A stretch of 63,938 bases of DNA, the filler included, from Piptocephalis cylindrospora (Eukaryota), in the NCBI GenBank assembly GCA_003614145.1. It is 3 parts of 3 records of this genome, joined end to end, with 100 filler letters (N's around TTAATTAATTAA, not from the genome) between each part and the next. Parts side by side here need not be neighbours in the genome. Positions count along the whole stretch, not along the records: positions 1 to 24,836 come from KZ987784.1; 2 more parts are not named here. One strand, written 5' to 3'. Below are positions 11,959-24,600 of this stretch, piece after piece. Each line of letters opens with the position of its first letter. The stretch's first letter is position 1. The translations under genes and the position numbers were made by a program. The notes beneath the pieces are model-generated. The model saw nothing but the letters and a program-made list of their open reading frames with translations, searched no databases and was not told where the DNA came from.

Positions 11959-14052
11959 ATGTCCGCAGCCTCAATCGTCATCTTTGTCCTCATCTTCTTC
12001 ATTTCCGTCTCTGCCTTGATCTATGGCTGCTACCGTTACGTCCACCGGGAGCATGATTGGAAGGTACCATCCGCTCATCTCCTCCACTCTCTGTTGGTAG
12101 CTCTGACTTCGGTAGCCGGGACGGTAGTCTCCATTAGTTTCTCCATCTCAAAACCCACGGACATTGGTCAGGAGCTTACCACCAAGGCTAGTTCCTGGCT
12201 AATGGGGCTATGTTTCCAGGCCCCGCCCGTCCTCGTGGTGGCAGCCCAGTGTAATAGCCTCCGAACCTACCAAAACCTTACGGTCCGCAAAGGTGCTTGG
12301 GTTCTCATAGTTGTCTTCCTTTTCTGTCTCATCTCCTCATGCTGTCGCATGGCCGTCTCCTGGGGTGGACCTTCAGGAGATGTAGCAATAAGTGTACTAT
12401 CCCAGCAGTACATCCTCTTCCCCGAAGTAGCTCATCCCTATGACATTCTCTATCTGTGTTTAGGTTTGGATGCCATGCGCATCCTGTTCTTTGGGTACGC
12501 CTTCATCACTGCCCTTCGGTCTCGGACCCCAGGGATGTACTCAGCACTTGCGTGCCCTGCCCTAGAGATCTTTGCCTTAATTATGGCCCAGATCAATGCG
12601 GTAGAATGGCTTGTCCTGGTCATTCCCTTATCCTGGGCCATCCAGTCCTCTCTGAGTGTTCGTTTCTCCCTGGAGCTCCATGCCAAACAGGAGCCTCCCC
12701 GTCGGATTGTGGAGTCCACCCTCGGAGGCTCTCAAAGCTCCCGAACCTGGGATTCCCATACTTGGGAGTCAACGAGACGGAATGGAGGGGCGCATGGCAG
12801 TCGAAAGCAAGGATCATCCAATGCACATCAGATCAGCACTCTGACGAGCTTCGGGACCTACACCCTCCCATCTCATCTTGTCAATGGCTCTGATTCGGTA
12901 AGGGATAGCGATGTCACAGTCTTTAGCGCAGAGGGAAGCGGCAATGCTCCATCCAGCGTTACCAAGCCTGCCCTCACCCATACACCGCACCATGGTGGAA
13001 CCATTAGCGAGGAGGAACCTGAGACGAGGGAAAGTAAAGGTCGGCCCGTTACTCGACTTCTTTCCTCTACTGGTCATTCTCGACAACACTCCACTGCCAC
13101 CCTAGCTATCCGGAAACCTAGTCCAGCGATTACCCCCCCTCCCCCATCACATATGCTCCCGAGATCCTCATCAATAGCAAGTATCTCGAGACCTAACTCA
13201 AATGAAACTACCCATGCTAAAGGGATGGCTCCTCAAGCATCTTCCTCCTCTCTCGCCCCCGCCGAAGGATCTTTGGATATGACTGGGGCTCTCGGGCTTG
13301 GCTCAGACTCCAAGGCACAGGCCTCGACCCTGACCAAGGATCAGGAAACGGGAAGAACCCGAAAGTGTCGTACGAACGGGACCATCCGATCCAGCAATTC
13401 CAAGGCAAGTCGATCAGGTGGGGCTCTAAAGACCATGGAGGAGGAAATCCCCCTTCCTCCACGTCGACAAGCTCCCGTTCCTCCGACAGAATCCAGTAGT
13501 GGATCCAGGCTAGTCACTTCCTCCCGGACATCTCGAGTCCCATATCCAGCCCCACCTCACGTATCCTTAGCCTTGACCGATAAAGGTTTTTCCATTCCGG
13601 AGGATGGGACACGTGGTCGAATGAATAGCATGGTGAGCTGGAAAGAGGATGATGAGAGCATGAGAAATTATGGGCAACTTCAGAGGCCTTCTGGAGGAAC
13701 AAGACCAAATGAAATGAAGTCTACTAGGGAAGAGGAGGAAGAGATGTGGAGGTTGAGCGGTATGTCTTCCTTCCTAGAAGGGAAGAAAGGAGGGACGCGT
13801 CCAGGAACGATGATGTCCCGTAAGGATTATCAGAATGGTAGGATGTCAAAACGGGAGGGGAAGATGCCAGCACAGCCTCGAGCCCGAACAGATACTCTGT
13901 TGATTGATCGAACTAGCTGGTGGGCCTCATACACGGAGACACCCTTGCAATCCCCACCACCTCCGGAGACGGAGGAGATTCCACCTGTCCCGTCATTTCC
14001 AGCATCCAGACAATCTAGAGTCAGAGGGTCGAGTCGTAGGAGAGACAAGTAA
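11959..14052 (+). CDS. Orphan multi-pass (about 6-7 TM) membrane protein with a long Ser/Pro-rich cytoplasmic tail
   Basis: Intronless 697-aa ORF; several hydrophobic segments in the first ~240 aa, then low-complexity sequence. Confidence 0.75.
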   Translation: MSAASIVIFVLIFFISVSALIYGCYRYVHREHDWKVPSAHLLHSLLVALTSVAGTVVSISFSISKPTDIGQELTTKASSWLMGLCFQAPPVLVVAAQCNSLRTYQNLTVRKGAWVLIVVFLFCLISSCCRMAVSWGGPSGDVAISVLSQQYILFPEVAHPYDILYLCLGLDAMRILFFGYAFITALRSRTPGMYSALACPALEIFALIMAQINAVEWLVLVIPLSWAIQSSLSVRFSLELHAKQEPPRRIVESTLGGSQSSRTWDSHTWESTRRNGGAHGSRKQGSSNAHQISTLTSFGTYTLPSHLVNGSDSVRDSDVTVFSAEGSGNAPSSVTKPALTHTPHHGGTISEEEPETRESKGRPVTRLLSSTGHSRQHSTATLAIRKPSPAITPPPPSHMLPRSSSIASISRPNSNETTHAKGMAPQASSSSLAPAEGSLDMTGALGLGSDSKAQASTLTKDQETGRTRKCRTNGTIRSSNSKASRSGGALKTMEEEIPLPPRRQAPVPPTESSSGSRLVTSSRTSRVPYPAPPHVSLALTDKGFSIPEDGTRGRMNSMVSWKEDDESMRNYGQLQRPSGGTRPNEMKSTREEEEEMWRLSGMSSFLEGKKGGTRPGTMMSRKDYQNGRMSKREGKMPAQPRARTDTLLIDRTSWWASYTETPLQSPPPPETEEIPPVPSFPASRQSRVRGSSRRRDK

Positions 14053-14314
14053 ATCTAAGGAAACTTATGTGTATGGGCTGTGCGGTAAGCAGTAAGATCC
14101 AGGTATGATTATTGAGCAGACTGAAAAGACTCCATCTGGTACTCTTTCTCTTGGGTGATTGAGCTGTTTATGGGGTAATGGGATGCGCGGAAGCATATTC
14201 ATAGGGATGGGGCAATGACAAAAATTAAAATAATTCTAGCAAGAGATGGAACATGGAGAGATGTGAATGTATTCCGGATCAGTGATAAGCCATCTGCTAG
14301 ACAAAGTAAAGGAA

Positions 14315-14527
14315 TTAACCACGGATCCTCCCAGTGGAAGGATCGATGGGTCGACCGGTCGAGGGATCAACAGGGACATCACTGATGGGATCATGGCAAT
14401 GGAAGCCCTTGACCCCAGGGTGGGTGGCGCACTTGACAAGACCAGTTGGTGGGGCAGCCTGGGCGACTTGAGGGGTCATGGCGACAGCCAGGACCAAAGC
14501 AGTGAGGGCGAGGAGAGTGCGGTTCAT
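14315..14527 (-). CDS. Small secreted protein (70 aa), effector-like
   Basis: Signal peptide MNRTLLALTALVLAVAMTPQVAQA; two Cys; TATAAAA on the minus strand at about 14649-14655. Confidence 0.7.
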   Translation of the reverse strand: MNRTLLALTALVLAVAMTPQVAQAAPPTGLVKCATHPGVKGFHCHDPISDVPVDPSTGRPIDPSTGRIRG

Positions 14528-15541
14528 GTTTATAGCGATAGTGGTGCTGAAAGAAGATGCAGGAGTGGAATAGAGCAGGATGATATGGTGCTTTAGTGTA
14601 CGAGTGGATGGATGATAGAGACGGAAGAATGTTAATTTCTCTCGACATTTTTATACGTGACCGGGAAAAAAAGACGAGATATGGACAGGGGAATTATATG
14701 GATTATGATGAATGGAAAAGAGTATGATGTAATGACAAGGGGAATATCCCTCATAGTCACGGATAATTAGCAGGGACAGGGGAGGGTGAGGGGAAGGGCA
14801 CCATTGAAAGGACTTTTAAGAGACAAGTGATGAGAGACGGGGCAGGGGAAATGACAAGGGTTGAGAAGGAATCAGGGTGAGAATAGGGTATGATTAGAGG
14901 TCACTTTTAACTGAGAAAGATTCATACATTGTTGGATATGAGGGACTTGAGTAGAGGCGGTTTGCTGGAGGAGCGGCTTGATTCTATTAAGGCGATATCC
15001 TTTTTGGATGAGGGCGCTATGCATAGGACTGCTATTTTCGAGTATCTTGGAGGGATCGTTGACCCGTACCGGCGTCTTGGCCATGTCTACTCTTTAGTCG
15101 CGACTGCTATAATAATACTCTGGCGTGACCCATTGCTTAAGATGTTCATTCTCAATATGTAGTCTGTTATTTGGGACGTGTATATTTCTTGAACCCACCA
15201 ACTAGCAAGACTGTTGGCTAATTAGAAAAGGGCCCTTCAACTCCGATCCTCCTCCAGTGCCCATCTTCATTGCGCTCTGAAGCATTTGGCATTCTATAAC
15301 GTTGGCCTCCTCATTGCACAAATGGCATGATCACCTTACCCCTTTCCTCCCTCCTTTCCCTGTCTCTTCATCTCGCCTTCTTCCCCCTTCCTCCCACTTT
15401 CACGTTCTCGGCCCCTCTCCTCCTGACGATTTGATCGAGCGATCCTGTTCTTTTCCTCTCCTTTCCTCCACTTTATTCACGTTTCTTTCTCGCTCATCAG
15501 CCTCACTCTCCTTTCCTCTCTCTCTCTCACACACACCCCTG

Positions 15542-17233
15542 ATGATGATGTTAACCCTTCAAACCACTCTTCTTCCCCTTTTTCTGGCACTGTTGGTCAG
15601 CGCCCTAATCATCACCCCGACTCATGCGTTGCTGGAGACAGACGATGTATCGGACGTGGATGATGACGAAATTCTTCTTAGCACCCCGCAGCCCGCCCCC
15701 CCACACTTTTCGGATTTCCCCATCTCCAACAATACGGACCTCCCTGAATTTACTGATAATCGCACCATTACTAGTAACGTAACTACTCCATTTCATATTG
15801 CTATTGTCGGTGGAGGCCTTTCCGGAGCTAGTCTAGCATACTTTCTCCAAGCAACCCCGCCCTCCCGTCCTATCCAAGTCACGGTCTTTGACACGGATGA
15901 GCGACCCGGTGGAAGGATACTTTCAGCCCCGGCTCTGGCCAGTGAAAATGACGAGGATGCCTCGAAAAAGACCGTGGAGCTGGGATCATCCTTCTTCCTT
16001 GCGGACAATGCCCAGCTAGTGGCTCTGGCCCGAAAGCTTCAGCTCCCCGTGACGAATCACCCGTTCCCCAACGTTACTGATTCCTCGGACCCAACGGGAG
16101 CTGGGCTTTGGGATGGACAAAAGTTCATCTGGAGGGTAACAGCCTCTACAGGTGGCTTTGACTTTCGTGGGATGTGGCGGCAAGTCTCTATTGCCTTCCG
16201 GTACGGTCTTCGCACTCACGGAAAGGTGAGGAAGGTGGTGAGGAAGGTACTGACACGGATGGCCACGACGAGCCATATTCGGTACACGAGCCTCGAGGAC
16301 CTGGCTATACAGTCGGGCCTCCAGCCACTCCTAGAACGGTCGGCCTTTTCGTACTTTACGCAGGTACTCAAGGTACCAGTGGCGTATGTACGTGAGGTGG
16401 TAGGGGCGGCGACACGAGGCACGATTGGGATGGAAGTGCAGGATGTGCATGCGCTCGGGGCGATGATTTCCATGGCTCCGCTAGCCAGTGTTGGCTTACG
16501 TGGGATAATTGGTGGGAACCAACGGATGGTGCGCGCCTTGATCCATCATAGTATGGCAACTTTCCGAGGCTCTACCCATGTCGAGAGCATTGAGCGAGTC
16601 GCTAATCCTGGACCAGCCCAGTACCGACTAGGCCTGAAAGGGTCCGGGGAAACTGTGATGGTGGATGGGGTGGTTCTGGCCACGCCTTTGGCCAACTCCC
16701 ACCTCCTCATGGAGCCCAAGGCTTTTGAGGTAGCAGCGCCTTCTCAAATGGTATCACAGCACGTGACGCTCGTCCATGGATTCCCAAGGCCTGAGTACTT
16801 TTTCCTTTCGGGAAACAAAACGGTGCCCACATCGGTGATTACGGCTGAGACGGCGTCCCGTCGCGTGCCTTTCCTCTCTTTCACCGTCCTGGCCCGATAC
16901 CCAGACAAGTCCGCGACAATCAAGATCATCTCCCGGCTGCCCCTCCCACAGAAAACGCTCCAAAATCTATTTGCCTGGTGGGATGCCTCGACACTCGTGC
17001 AGCGTCAGTGGACTGGGGCCTGGACCGACATGTCCCCCAAGTCCTGGGCCTCCGGGAAGGCTGGGAAGGTGCAGTTGGATGATTCTTTCTGGTATTTGGG
17101 CGGAGTTGGGCTGGTGGCAGATTGCATGGAGGCCAGCGTGCTTGCAGCAAAGAACGCCCATGCTCTCATCTACCGGCAGCTGGCCTTTGAACCCAAGATG
17201 ATGATGAAAGAAGAGGTAAAGGCGAAGAAGTAA
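15542..17233 (+). CDS. Prenylcysteine oxidase/lyase family flavoprotein with signal peptide
   Basis: Signal peptide; Rossmann motif IAIVGGGLSGASLAY; ERPGGRI; VELGSSFF; GGNQRM; DGVVLATP; CMEASVLAAKNA. Confidence 0.85.
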   Translation: MMMLTLQTTLLPLFLALLVSALIITPTHALLETDDVSDVDDDEILLSTPQPAPPHFSDFPISNNTDLPEFTDNRTITSNVTTPFHIAIVGGGLSGASLAYFLQATPPSRPIQVTVFDTDERPGGRILSAPALASENDEDASKKTVELGSSFFLADNAQLVALARKLQLPVTNHPFPNVTDSSDPTGAGLWDGQKFIWRVTASTGGFDFRGMWRQVSIAFRYGLRTHGKVRKVVRKVLTRMATTSHIRYTSLEDLAIQSGLQPLLERSAFSYFTQVLKVPVAYVREVVGAATRGTIGMEVQDVHALGAMISMAPLASVGLRGIIGGNQRMVRALIHHSMATFRGSTHVESIERVANPGPAQYRLGLKGSGETVMVDGVVLATPLANSHLLMEPKAFEVAAPSQMVSQHVTLVHGFPRPEYFFLSGNKTVPTSVITAETASRRVPFLSFTVLARYPDKSATIKIISRLPLPQKTLQNLFAWWDASTLVQRQWTGAWTDMSPKSWASGKAGKVQLDDSFWYLGGVGLVADCMEASVLAAKNAHALIYRQLAFEPKMMMKEEVKAKK

Positions 17234-17500
17234 GGGCTGTGAATGACTGTTTTATCTTTTCAGTAGCACTATTGTTAAAGAATAATGGAAAGTGGCTGCG
17301 CTGGGATGATGTTTATCAATGAAGCTTGACTTCACTCATTTTCTTTCTATTTTGAGAATACTGCGAGGGAAGGAGCGGCTGGGCCTCTCCCCCTCTCCAC
17401 CGAGTAAGCACTTTATGACACGCATGAAGGGATTGAATCCTATGCATTCTACCGTATATCATTCCTTAACTCTCGGATGCCATCCCGATACCCATCTCCA

Positions 17501-18943
17501 TTAAGCCCGACGAACGGTCGAGGCAAGGGCATCGTTGCCCGAGGCAGTGAGCTCAACAGCCTCGGCATCCGGTACCTTTTCATACTTGGATTTCCCAGTT
17601 CCGACGGAGGAAAGGGCAGGGGCCGGTAGAGAGTCCTTTCTTTGACCCTCCCGTTGCTGTAGGGTCTTGGCATAGGTGTAGACGAGGCCTGAGGAGAAGC
17701 CTGGAGTTGGTGGTGGGAGGGGAAAGAGGGTGAGGATGGGGGGGTGAATATGTGGACGGCCCCCTTTGAATGGACTTACCAATGGAAATGGCAATAATCC
17801 CACCAAGGGTGACTGGATCACTAAAGTAGACCATGGCGATGATGGAAACGGGCAGCTTGTTCAGGGCACCCACCATGCTACACGAAGAGGAGAGGAGGGG
17901 GAAGTGAGATGGATCCATGATCGTTTTATCACCTAAAAGTTCTAACTTACCTGTAAGTGGTGGAGTTGGTGACGCGGAGACACCACGAACTAGTGTAGCT
18001 GATGGCAAAGGAGGCCACTCCACTAAGAAGGAGGGCCTGCACGAAAGAATAATATTCTTCGGCATTTTCCTCCAATGAGCTGAACAAGAGGAGAAAGGGG
18101 GGAGTGAGGGAGAGCAGATGGCACGAAAGCGAAAAGGAACATACTAATAGGAGATAAGGGAAGACCAGTCTTCCACAACCAAGGAAAGGATCAAAAAGAC
18201 CGGGGTGGTCAGGATGTTGTTGTAGTACACGGTGTCAAAGTCCTTGAAGCCCATGGACTTCATGACTCCACGCATCCTCAGGACGAAGGAGGCTGAGGAT
18301 ATACAGTTGATGGCCATCCAAGCATATCCTACGAGGGAGAAGGAAAGGTCGTTCCACCCACCGACGATGGAGCTACTGACCTATGAGACAGAGCGATGGG
18401 ACAAAGTAGGATGATGAGATGGCATGAGCATCAAGACAGGATTTAGGGTAATCCACTCACCATAAGGATAAAGGAAAGAAGCATCAGTGGGGTGACGCGG
18501 CCATTGTACCAGAGGCGTTCTCCATAAGCCGTAAGAATGATCTAGAGTAGGGCGGAGGGGGGTATGAGTGCACCATATCCATATACACCCATACTACTAC
18601 ATCGGAAACTTACAGTGGCGTTCTTGAAAATGGTAAATAGAGGAACCTGGAGGTATTGGAGAGCCTTGCCGGATGTGTAGAGCATGACGGCCATAAAGGC
18701 CGAGACAGGTAGCCATTTCCGAACATCCTCACGGTTCAAGGGCCTGTGGGAGATGAAGCCACCGTAAGAGCAGGCGGTGAGGAGCAGGGTGCAGGTCAGG
18801 GACTGCACACTAAGCATGAGGAAGGCAGGGTGGAACTTGAACGAGGACATGACAGCCTTGTTGAGCAGGGTCATGAGGATGGAGGAGGAGCAGTATGCCA
18901 CAATGGGGATGGCCGCATCCAGCTTGAACGATAGGATACGCAT
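17501..18943 (-). CDS. VRG4: Golgi GDP-mannose transporter (multi-exon)
   Basis: [52 protein letters not shown] introns, e.g. 18542-18613. Confidence 0.93.
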
Positions 18944-19894
18944 TTTGATAGAGGAGAGCAAGGAGGAGTAGGTCCAAGGGGGCGGGAAGATAGGTAGAAA
19001 GAGAAGGTGTATGGGCGGACAGAGGGAGAGGAGAGGAGGGAGGAGCAATCCTGGGATGCCTGACTTAATCTCGTACTCTTTCCTCTTATCAGGAGCTTGC
19101 GACGTGGCCCTTTTCCACAGCGAGAAAGGGGAATGAGTGGGGGCGTGTTGCAGGTATGTACCTGATAGCATGGACGACCCTCTTTCAGGATCACTACTTG
19201 AGTTTTCAAACGGCGATGATGAGGGGAGATCTGCTCCCACACATTGGCGTTTAAGGCTGGACAGACTGGTGTAGGAGGGATCTGGTAAATGGATGAAGAG
19301 ACATGAACGCATGAGGGCATCTGTGGATCTGATCTGAACGAATCAGGAAATCGCTTGGCAAGTCCAAGGTTTCCTTCCTTATTGGTGAAATGGGGGCCTG
19401 GTGGGCTTGGGTCCCCTTCAGGGTCTTTTCGTTTGTAGCTCCTAGGTTTGGCCGAGATTATTCTTTCTGGGAAGAAGGGGCAGGAGGGAAATGGGAATAG
19501 GGTAGGACAATGGTCCTGTCAAGGAAGGAAGAGAGGAGTAGACCACTCTCTACATCGATCACACTGCCATCATCTAGGATGGGAGGATTCCTCCTAAATG
19601 ATGTATAGGAAGGGGTCATCATACAAAGTACCCGTTGTTGATACATTGCATCTATTGAGAGAGTGAATACTGCCTTGTTAACGCTAATCAAGCGTTCCAC
19701 ACCTCCTTATCCAGAATAAAAAGAGTCAATTCCCTTCAAATTTGTTCTGGTCATTTTCACGCGTCCTGCCCTGATTCCTCCGAGAGTGGACGACGTCTTC
19801 TACATCTCCGAACGACATCGTCCTCTCTTCCTCCTCCCTAGCCTCTATCGCTCTCCGCCTCGCCTCACCAATAACAACAACAACAGTAACAGCA

Positions 19895-20179
19895 ATGCCT
19901 TCCTCTTGCATGGACATCCGAAAGGACCTCATCGAGTGTATCCTCGCCTCCGAGTGCGTCAAGCGGGAGGGCAAGTCAGTCAAGGACTGTCTGGACGACT
20001 CGACGCGCCCAGCTGACTCGGTCCCGGATAAGTGCCTGGCCATCCGGCGCAGCTACTTTGAGTGTCGACGCGGTATTGTACGTGCATTGATCGAGATAGA
20101 CTATGAACCCTTGCACTCATCTACCCCTCTCCTCCTCTAGTTGGATCCCAAGTTACGTTTCCGCGGGAATAAAAGCTAG
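19895..20179 (+). CDS. COA5: Cytochrome c oxidase assembly factor Coa5/Pet191 (intron 20078-20140)
   Basis: MPSSC..IRKDLIECILASECV..DCL..C...RRSYFECRRGI spliced to LDPKLRFRGNKS. Confidence 0.92.
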
Positions 20180-20489
20180 GCCTTCCACCCTGAATCCTGG
20201 GGAGTGGGTTTTTATACATCAGTTCAAGGGTAACATATACACGTACACACATCAAAAGCACCCCACACTCTTATCTTCTTCGCACTCGCACACACACACA
20301 GCAAGGTCTATTCTCCCCATTTTTCTCCCTACCCATCCCCATCATCCTATCTCATTCATCCACTCCATCCTTGGGTAGACTCACAGAAAAGGGCACCGCT
20401 TCTCGTCATCCTTTTCCTCTTGCGTGGAATTCACCTTATCAAAACCTCATCTTCCATTTTCCCATCACACAACAGCATGATGATGATGA

Positions 20490-21523
20490 TTAATACCGCC
20501 CAGCCCCTAGACTGGTGGAGCTCACACTCCCAGAATGTCTACCGTACACAGCCCGAGTGGTCCTTGGCCCATGGGACACATCGTACAAGGCGTAATGCCC
20601 TCCTCCCCCTCCTCCTCCCGCGCCGCCCCCTCCACCACCACCGCCTCCTCCTCCTCCGCCTCCGCCTCCACCCCCAATCTTACCTTGAGCGTGGACTAGG
20701 CTCAAGGTTGAGTTGGCCGCATAGCTGTTCATGAGAACTCGGGGTCCTGAGCCCCCATCCCCCCCACCGCCCATCACACCCTGGGACCCGCCAATCTTCT
20801 TGGCCGCGTGCATGGCTGCCTCCTTGACACTCATTGACGGCGCCCTAGACCGATTTCCACCCCCACCTCCGCCACCGATAGACTCCTTGAGCCCGGGAGA
20901 ATGGCCAGCCAGGTCAGCAGACGTGGGGATTAAGGGAGCATCGGTGATCCAATCGTGCTTCAGAGCCTGATCAGGCCGCAATCTCCGCTCGGGTTCCCAC
21001 ATCATACACCGTTCCAGGAAGTCTAGGAATCTTTCATCCTGACATCTCAAGGCCGCCTTCAAGCTCTTACTCGCCGCCCTCCTCCTCTTGGCCTTGGGGT
21101 CGGCTGGAGGCCGGGGCTGGCCCTTGGAATCGAAAAAGACACTCTTCCTAGAGGCGTGCTTCAAGAATTCTGGGGGCGGGATCCCCAAGACCTCCATCAT
21201 CAGGCCCAATTGCTCCTGTTCATCCTCCCCTGGGAAAATGGGGTACCCAGTGTATAGTTCAGCCACGATGCACCCCACACTCCACATGTCGATGGATAGA
21301 CCGTATGGGGCCCCAAGGATCACTTCAGGAGACCTATAGAATCGACTTTGGATGTACGTGTACACTGAGAGGAGAAGATGAGAGGGATGTGATGAGATGA
21401 GGTGGGGTGGAGCTTGATGGAGCTTCTAGTCTTCTCTCACTTACATTGTTGATCCTTAAGACAACTACTTCCAAAGTCAATGACTTTAAGGGTACTTTTC
21501 GCCGGATGTTTCAATAGAATGTT
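20490..21523 (-). CDS. DYRK2/Pom1-like dual-specificity kinase, C-terminal half (from subdomain VIb on); intron 21365-21444
   Basis: [47 protein letters not shown]; preceded by a 3' splice site at 21524. Confidence 0.92.
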
Positions 21524-21620
21524 CTAGAGTAAGAGAGATTAGGATGGGCGGATCAGTTACACTCTACCTCACCATGTCCCCCCCTCTTCCGGTTGACATT
21601 GATTCTCTCGTACTCCCTAG

Positions 21621-24600
21621 GCTGTCCTCAGCCTTTCAAGTACCCCCATGAGCCTGTTGAGCTCCTCCTCCAGGCCCTCCTTGGGCCCGTCCCCTTCCCC
21701 TTCCCCTTCTCCGTCCTCCTCGGCCACCACCACCACCACCACTACCGTGCCTTCCAATCCAAAGTCCACCCCTTCCACCGCGGGGCACAGTCTATCCCGG
21801 CAGACGTCTAAACATCGTCGGCACCTCTCTACCCAACTCACCTCTTCCTCCTCCTCCTCCTCCCTTCTCCCCTCGCCCTCCTCGGGTATTCGACAACCCG
21901 CCGTCCGTAAGGGAACCCTGACCTCCTGGAACACTAGCCCTGGTAACACTGGTAGCATCCACACCTCATCCATCCTCCCCCCATCCTCCTCCTCTTCCTT
22001 CTCCTCCTCCCCCTTAGACGTTACCTCTCCCCAGGGCCCTCGTGAGGGAAAGGTCTCATCCAGATCCCCCATCCTTTCCCTTTCCCCCTCCCCATCCACT
22101 CGGTCCTCCTTTTCCTCCTCTTCCAGGTCCGGTCGTCCCCACGCATCGTCAGGGATCCCGAGGCCCTCCTTGTCTCCCAGTAGAGATGTCTCTGGGAAGG
22201 GTGCCATATCCCCTTCCTTCCTCATGACCTCACCCGTCGGCAAGCGCCTACTCGTCAGACCCTCCCACGCCCGCTCATCCCCCTCGCCCACCTCCTCCAT
22301 CTCCTCCTCCTCCTCCACTTCCCCCCCTTCCCCTCATACCACCCCTTCCCCTACCGCTCCTCCCGCCTCCCCAGCCTTACACAGGGGTCATAGAGGCTCT
22401 CGTTCCACCATCCAAGGCAGGACCACACAGGGGGGGAATCGACCAGGACGGAAGAGAACCACTACAAACCAGGGCTTTCTCGATCCTTCCTCCTCCCCCC
22501 AAAGCAGCGCTCGACTTCCTATCCCCCCCCCATCCCTCTACTTTGGATCCCGCCTCTCCTTCAAAAAGGACCACGAGGCCCAGGCATGTTAAGCATCTCT
22601 CCACTCATGAGATCCCCTCGAAGGAAGGAAGGGAGGTTCGGGCCGCGGGTATGGGTCATACTCGGAGGATCTCCCTGGGTGGCGCCCTCTCCTCCATCCC
22701 AAAACCCAGGTCCCTCACCGTCAACACCTCCCTCCCTGTCCTGGAGGGTGGTATCCCTCTAAAGACCGCACCAGTTCACGGGTACGGGAAAGGGGGTGGG
22801 TCCCCCATGACCCGTCATGGAAACCCTTCCTCCTCCTCCTCCTCCTCCTCCCTAGCCCCTCCTCCCCCCGCCTCTGCACGTCGATTAACCTTTGGTGGAT
22901 CCGGTGGCGGCGGGGCCATGTCCTCCCCGATGGCCCCCTCCCTATCCCAGGGACGTCGAAGGGCCCCTGGTCTCCGGACAAAGCAGGAGGATGTACGTGG
23001 TGGGGGTGAAGAAGATGGGGAGGATGGTTCTGGAGAGAGAAAGGCTCTCCTCCCTCGATCTGCTGAGCTTCAACGGGTCCGTTCTCTCTCGGGAGTTGTA
23101 CGGCCAAGTAAGACCCAAGGCTCCTCCCCCTCCAGTGTCCCTACCGGGAGGTCCGCCACCTTCTCCATGGGCTCCACCTCTGGTGGCGCGGTGAATAAGT
23201 CAGGGGGTCCTCCTGGGAGGGAGGCTAGCCATGCCAATGGATCGAGCCTGACCCCTGGTCGGGAGAATGGGGAGAAGCTTTCAAGCCTTGCACTACGTCG
23301 GACGAGGACTAGGGGAGGGGTGACTGGGAAAGCACCTTCAGGGAATACCCTTCCTACTTCGAGTAGGAGAGAATCCCCGGATGTGGTGGTCAAGGTGGGG
23401 AAGCAGGCTTCGGTCATCACTGGTACCACGGGTCCCCTCACCTCTCATGCCCCCTCTGCCTCCTTGTCCTCCTCCTTCCGTGGCACCACCACTGCCTCCA
23501 CGGAGGGTCCCCACTACGGTCACCGTTACCGGAGTAGTACCACTACCATGCCTAATATCCCTTCCTCCTCTTCCTCTTTCTCCACCAACAACCCTTCCAC
23601 GACCACCTCTGCCACCACCTCCAATCGACATAGTCTGACCAGTATGCTCAAGGGATTTCAGCGTAAGCCTTCCACCGTATCCAAGACCAAGGAGGATGGT
23701 CCTGTTGTGGTCAAGGCCATCCCCAATCCCTCCTCCCAAACCTCACCCCAGGTGATGAGGAAGCGGCTATCCAGTAAGAGTCACTCCAACATTCTCATAA
23801 GTAAGCATGAGACTAGTCGGAGCTCTGGAGGAGGAGGAGGAGGAGGAGGAGGAGGCGGTGGTGGTGGTGGCGGTGGTCACGGGGAGGGTGGGAAGGTCAA
23901 TTATCAGACCCCTCGAGGTAAGTTTATTGCATCCACGCCTTTCTATGTAACGAGTGTCCTTCATGGCTCATCCCTCTTATTCTATAGAAATCCTTATGAG
24001 GTATGGGGAACGATTGACCTCCTATGAACGGGGTGAGATCCTCGAATATCCTCACATCTATTACATTGGCCGGGCTACCTTTTCCACCTCATCCTCCACC
24101 TCCAAGTCCCAACCTCCATCGCCGGTTGGTACTCACAATCATGGTAAGGCTGATGAGGGATGGGGGGGAGGTGCGGCAGTTTATGCCGCTGGAGCCGTGC
24201 GACCCCCATACCCACTTAACTCTCTCTCCTCCCCCTTTAGGTTACGATGATGATCAAGGTGACTATCTTCTCCAGGTCAAAGACCATTTGCAATACCGGT
24301 ATGAGGTGGGAGAAACCCTGGGGTCGGGGAGCTTTGGGAAGGTGGTCAAGGCCAAGGATCATAAAACAGGGGATTGGGTGGCGATTAAGATCATCCGAAA
24401 CAAGAAGAGGTTCCATACTCAGGCCCTCGTGGAGGTCAAGATTCTCGAGGATCTCCGAGCCTGGGATCCGGATGATACCTACAATTCCCTCAGGATGACC
24501 GATCATTTTTACTTCCGGAACCATTTGTGTGTCGTCACCGAGTGTCTCTCCATTAACCTGTACGAGTTTATCAAGCAAAATCAATTTCACGGCTTTTCCC

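Noticed and set aside
17501..18943. Vrg4 as the transporter flanking a Mucorales-type sex locus
   Set aside because: It is a GDP-mannose transporter on a different contig, about 31 kb from the HMG gene, and no RNA helicase is present.
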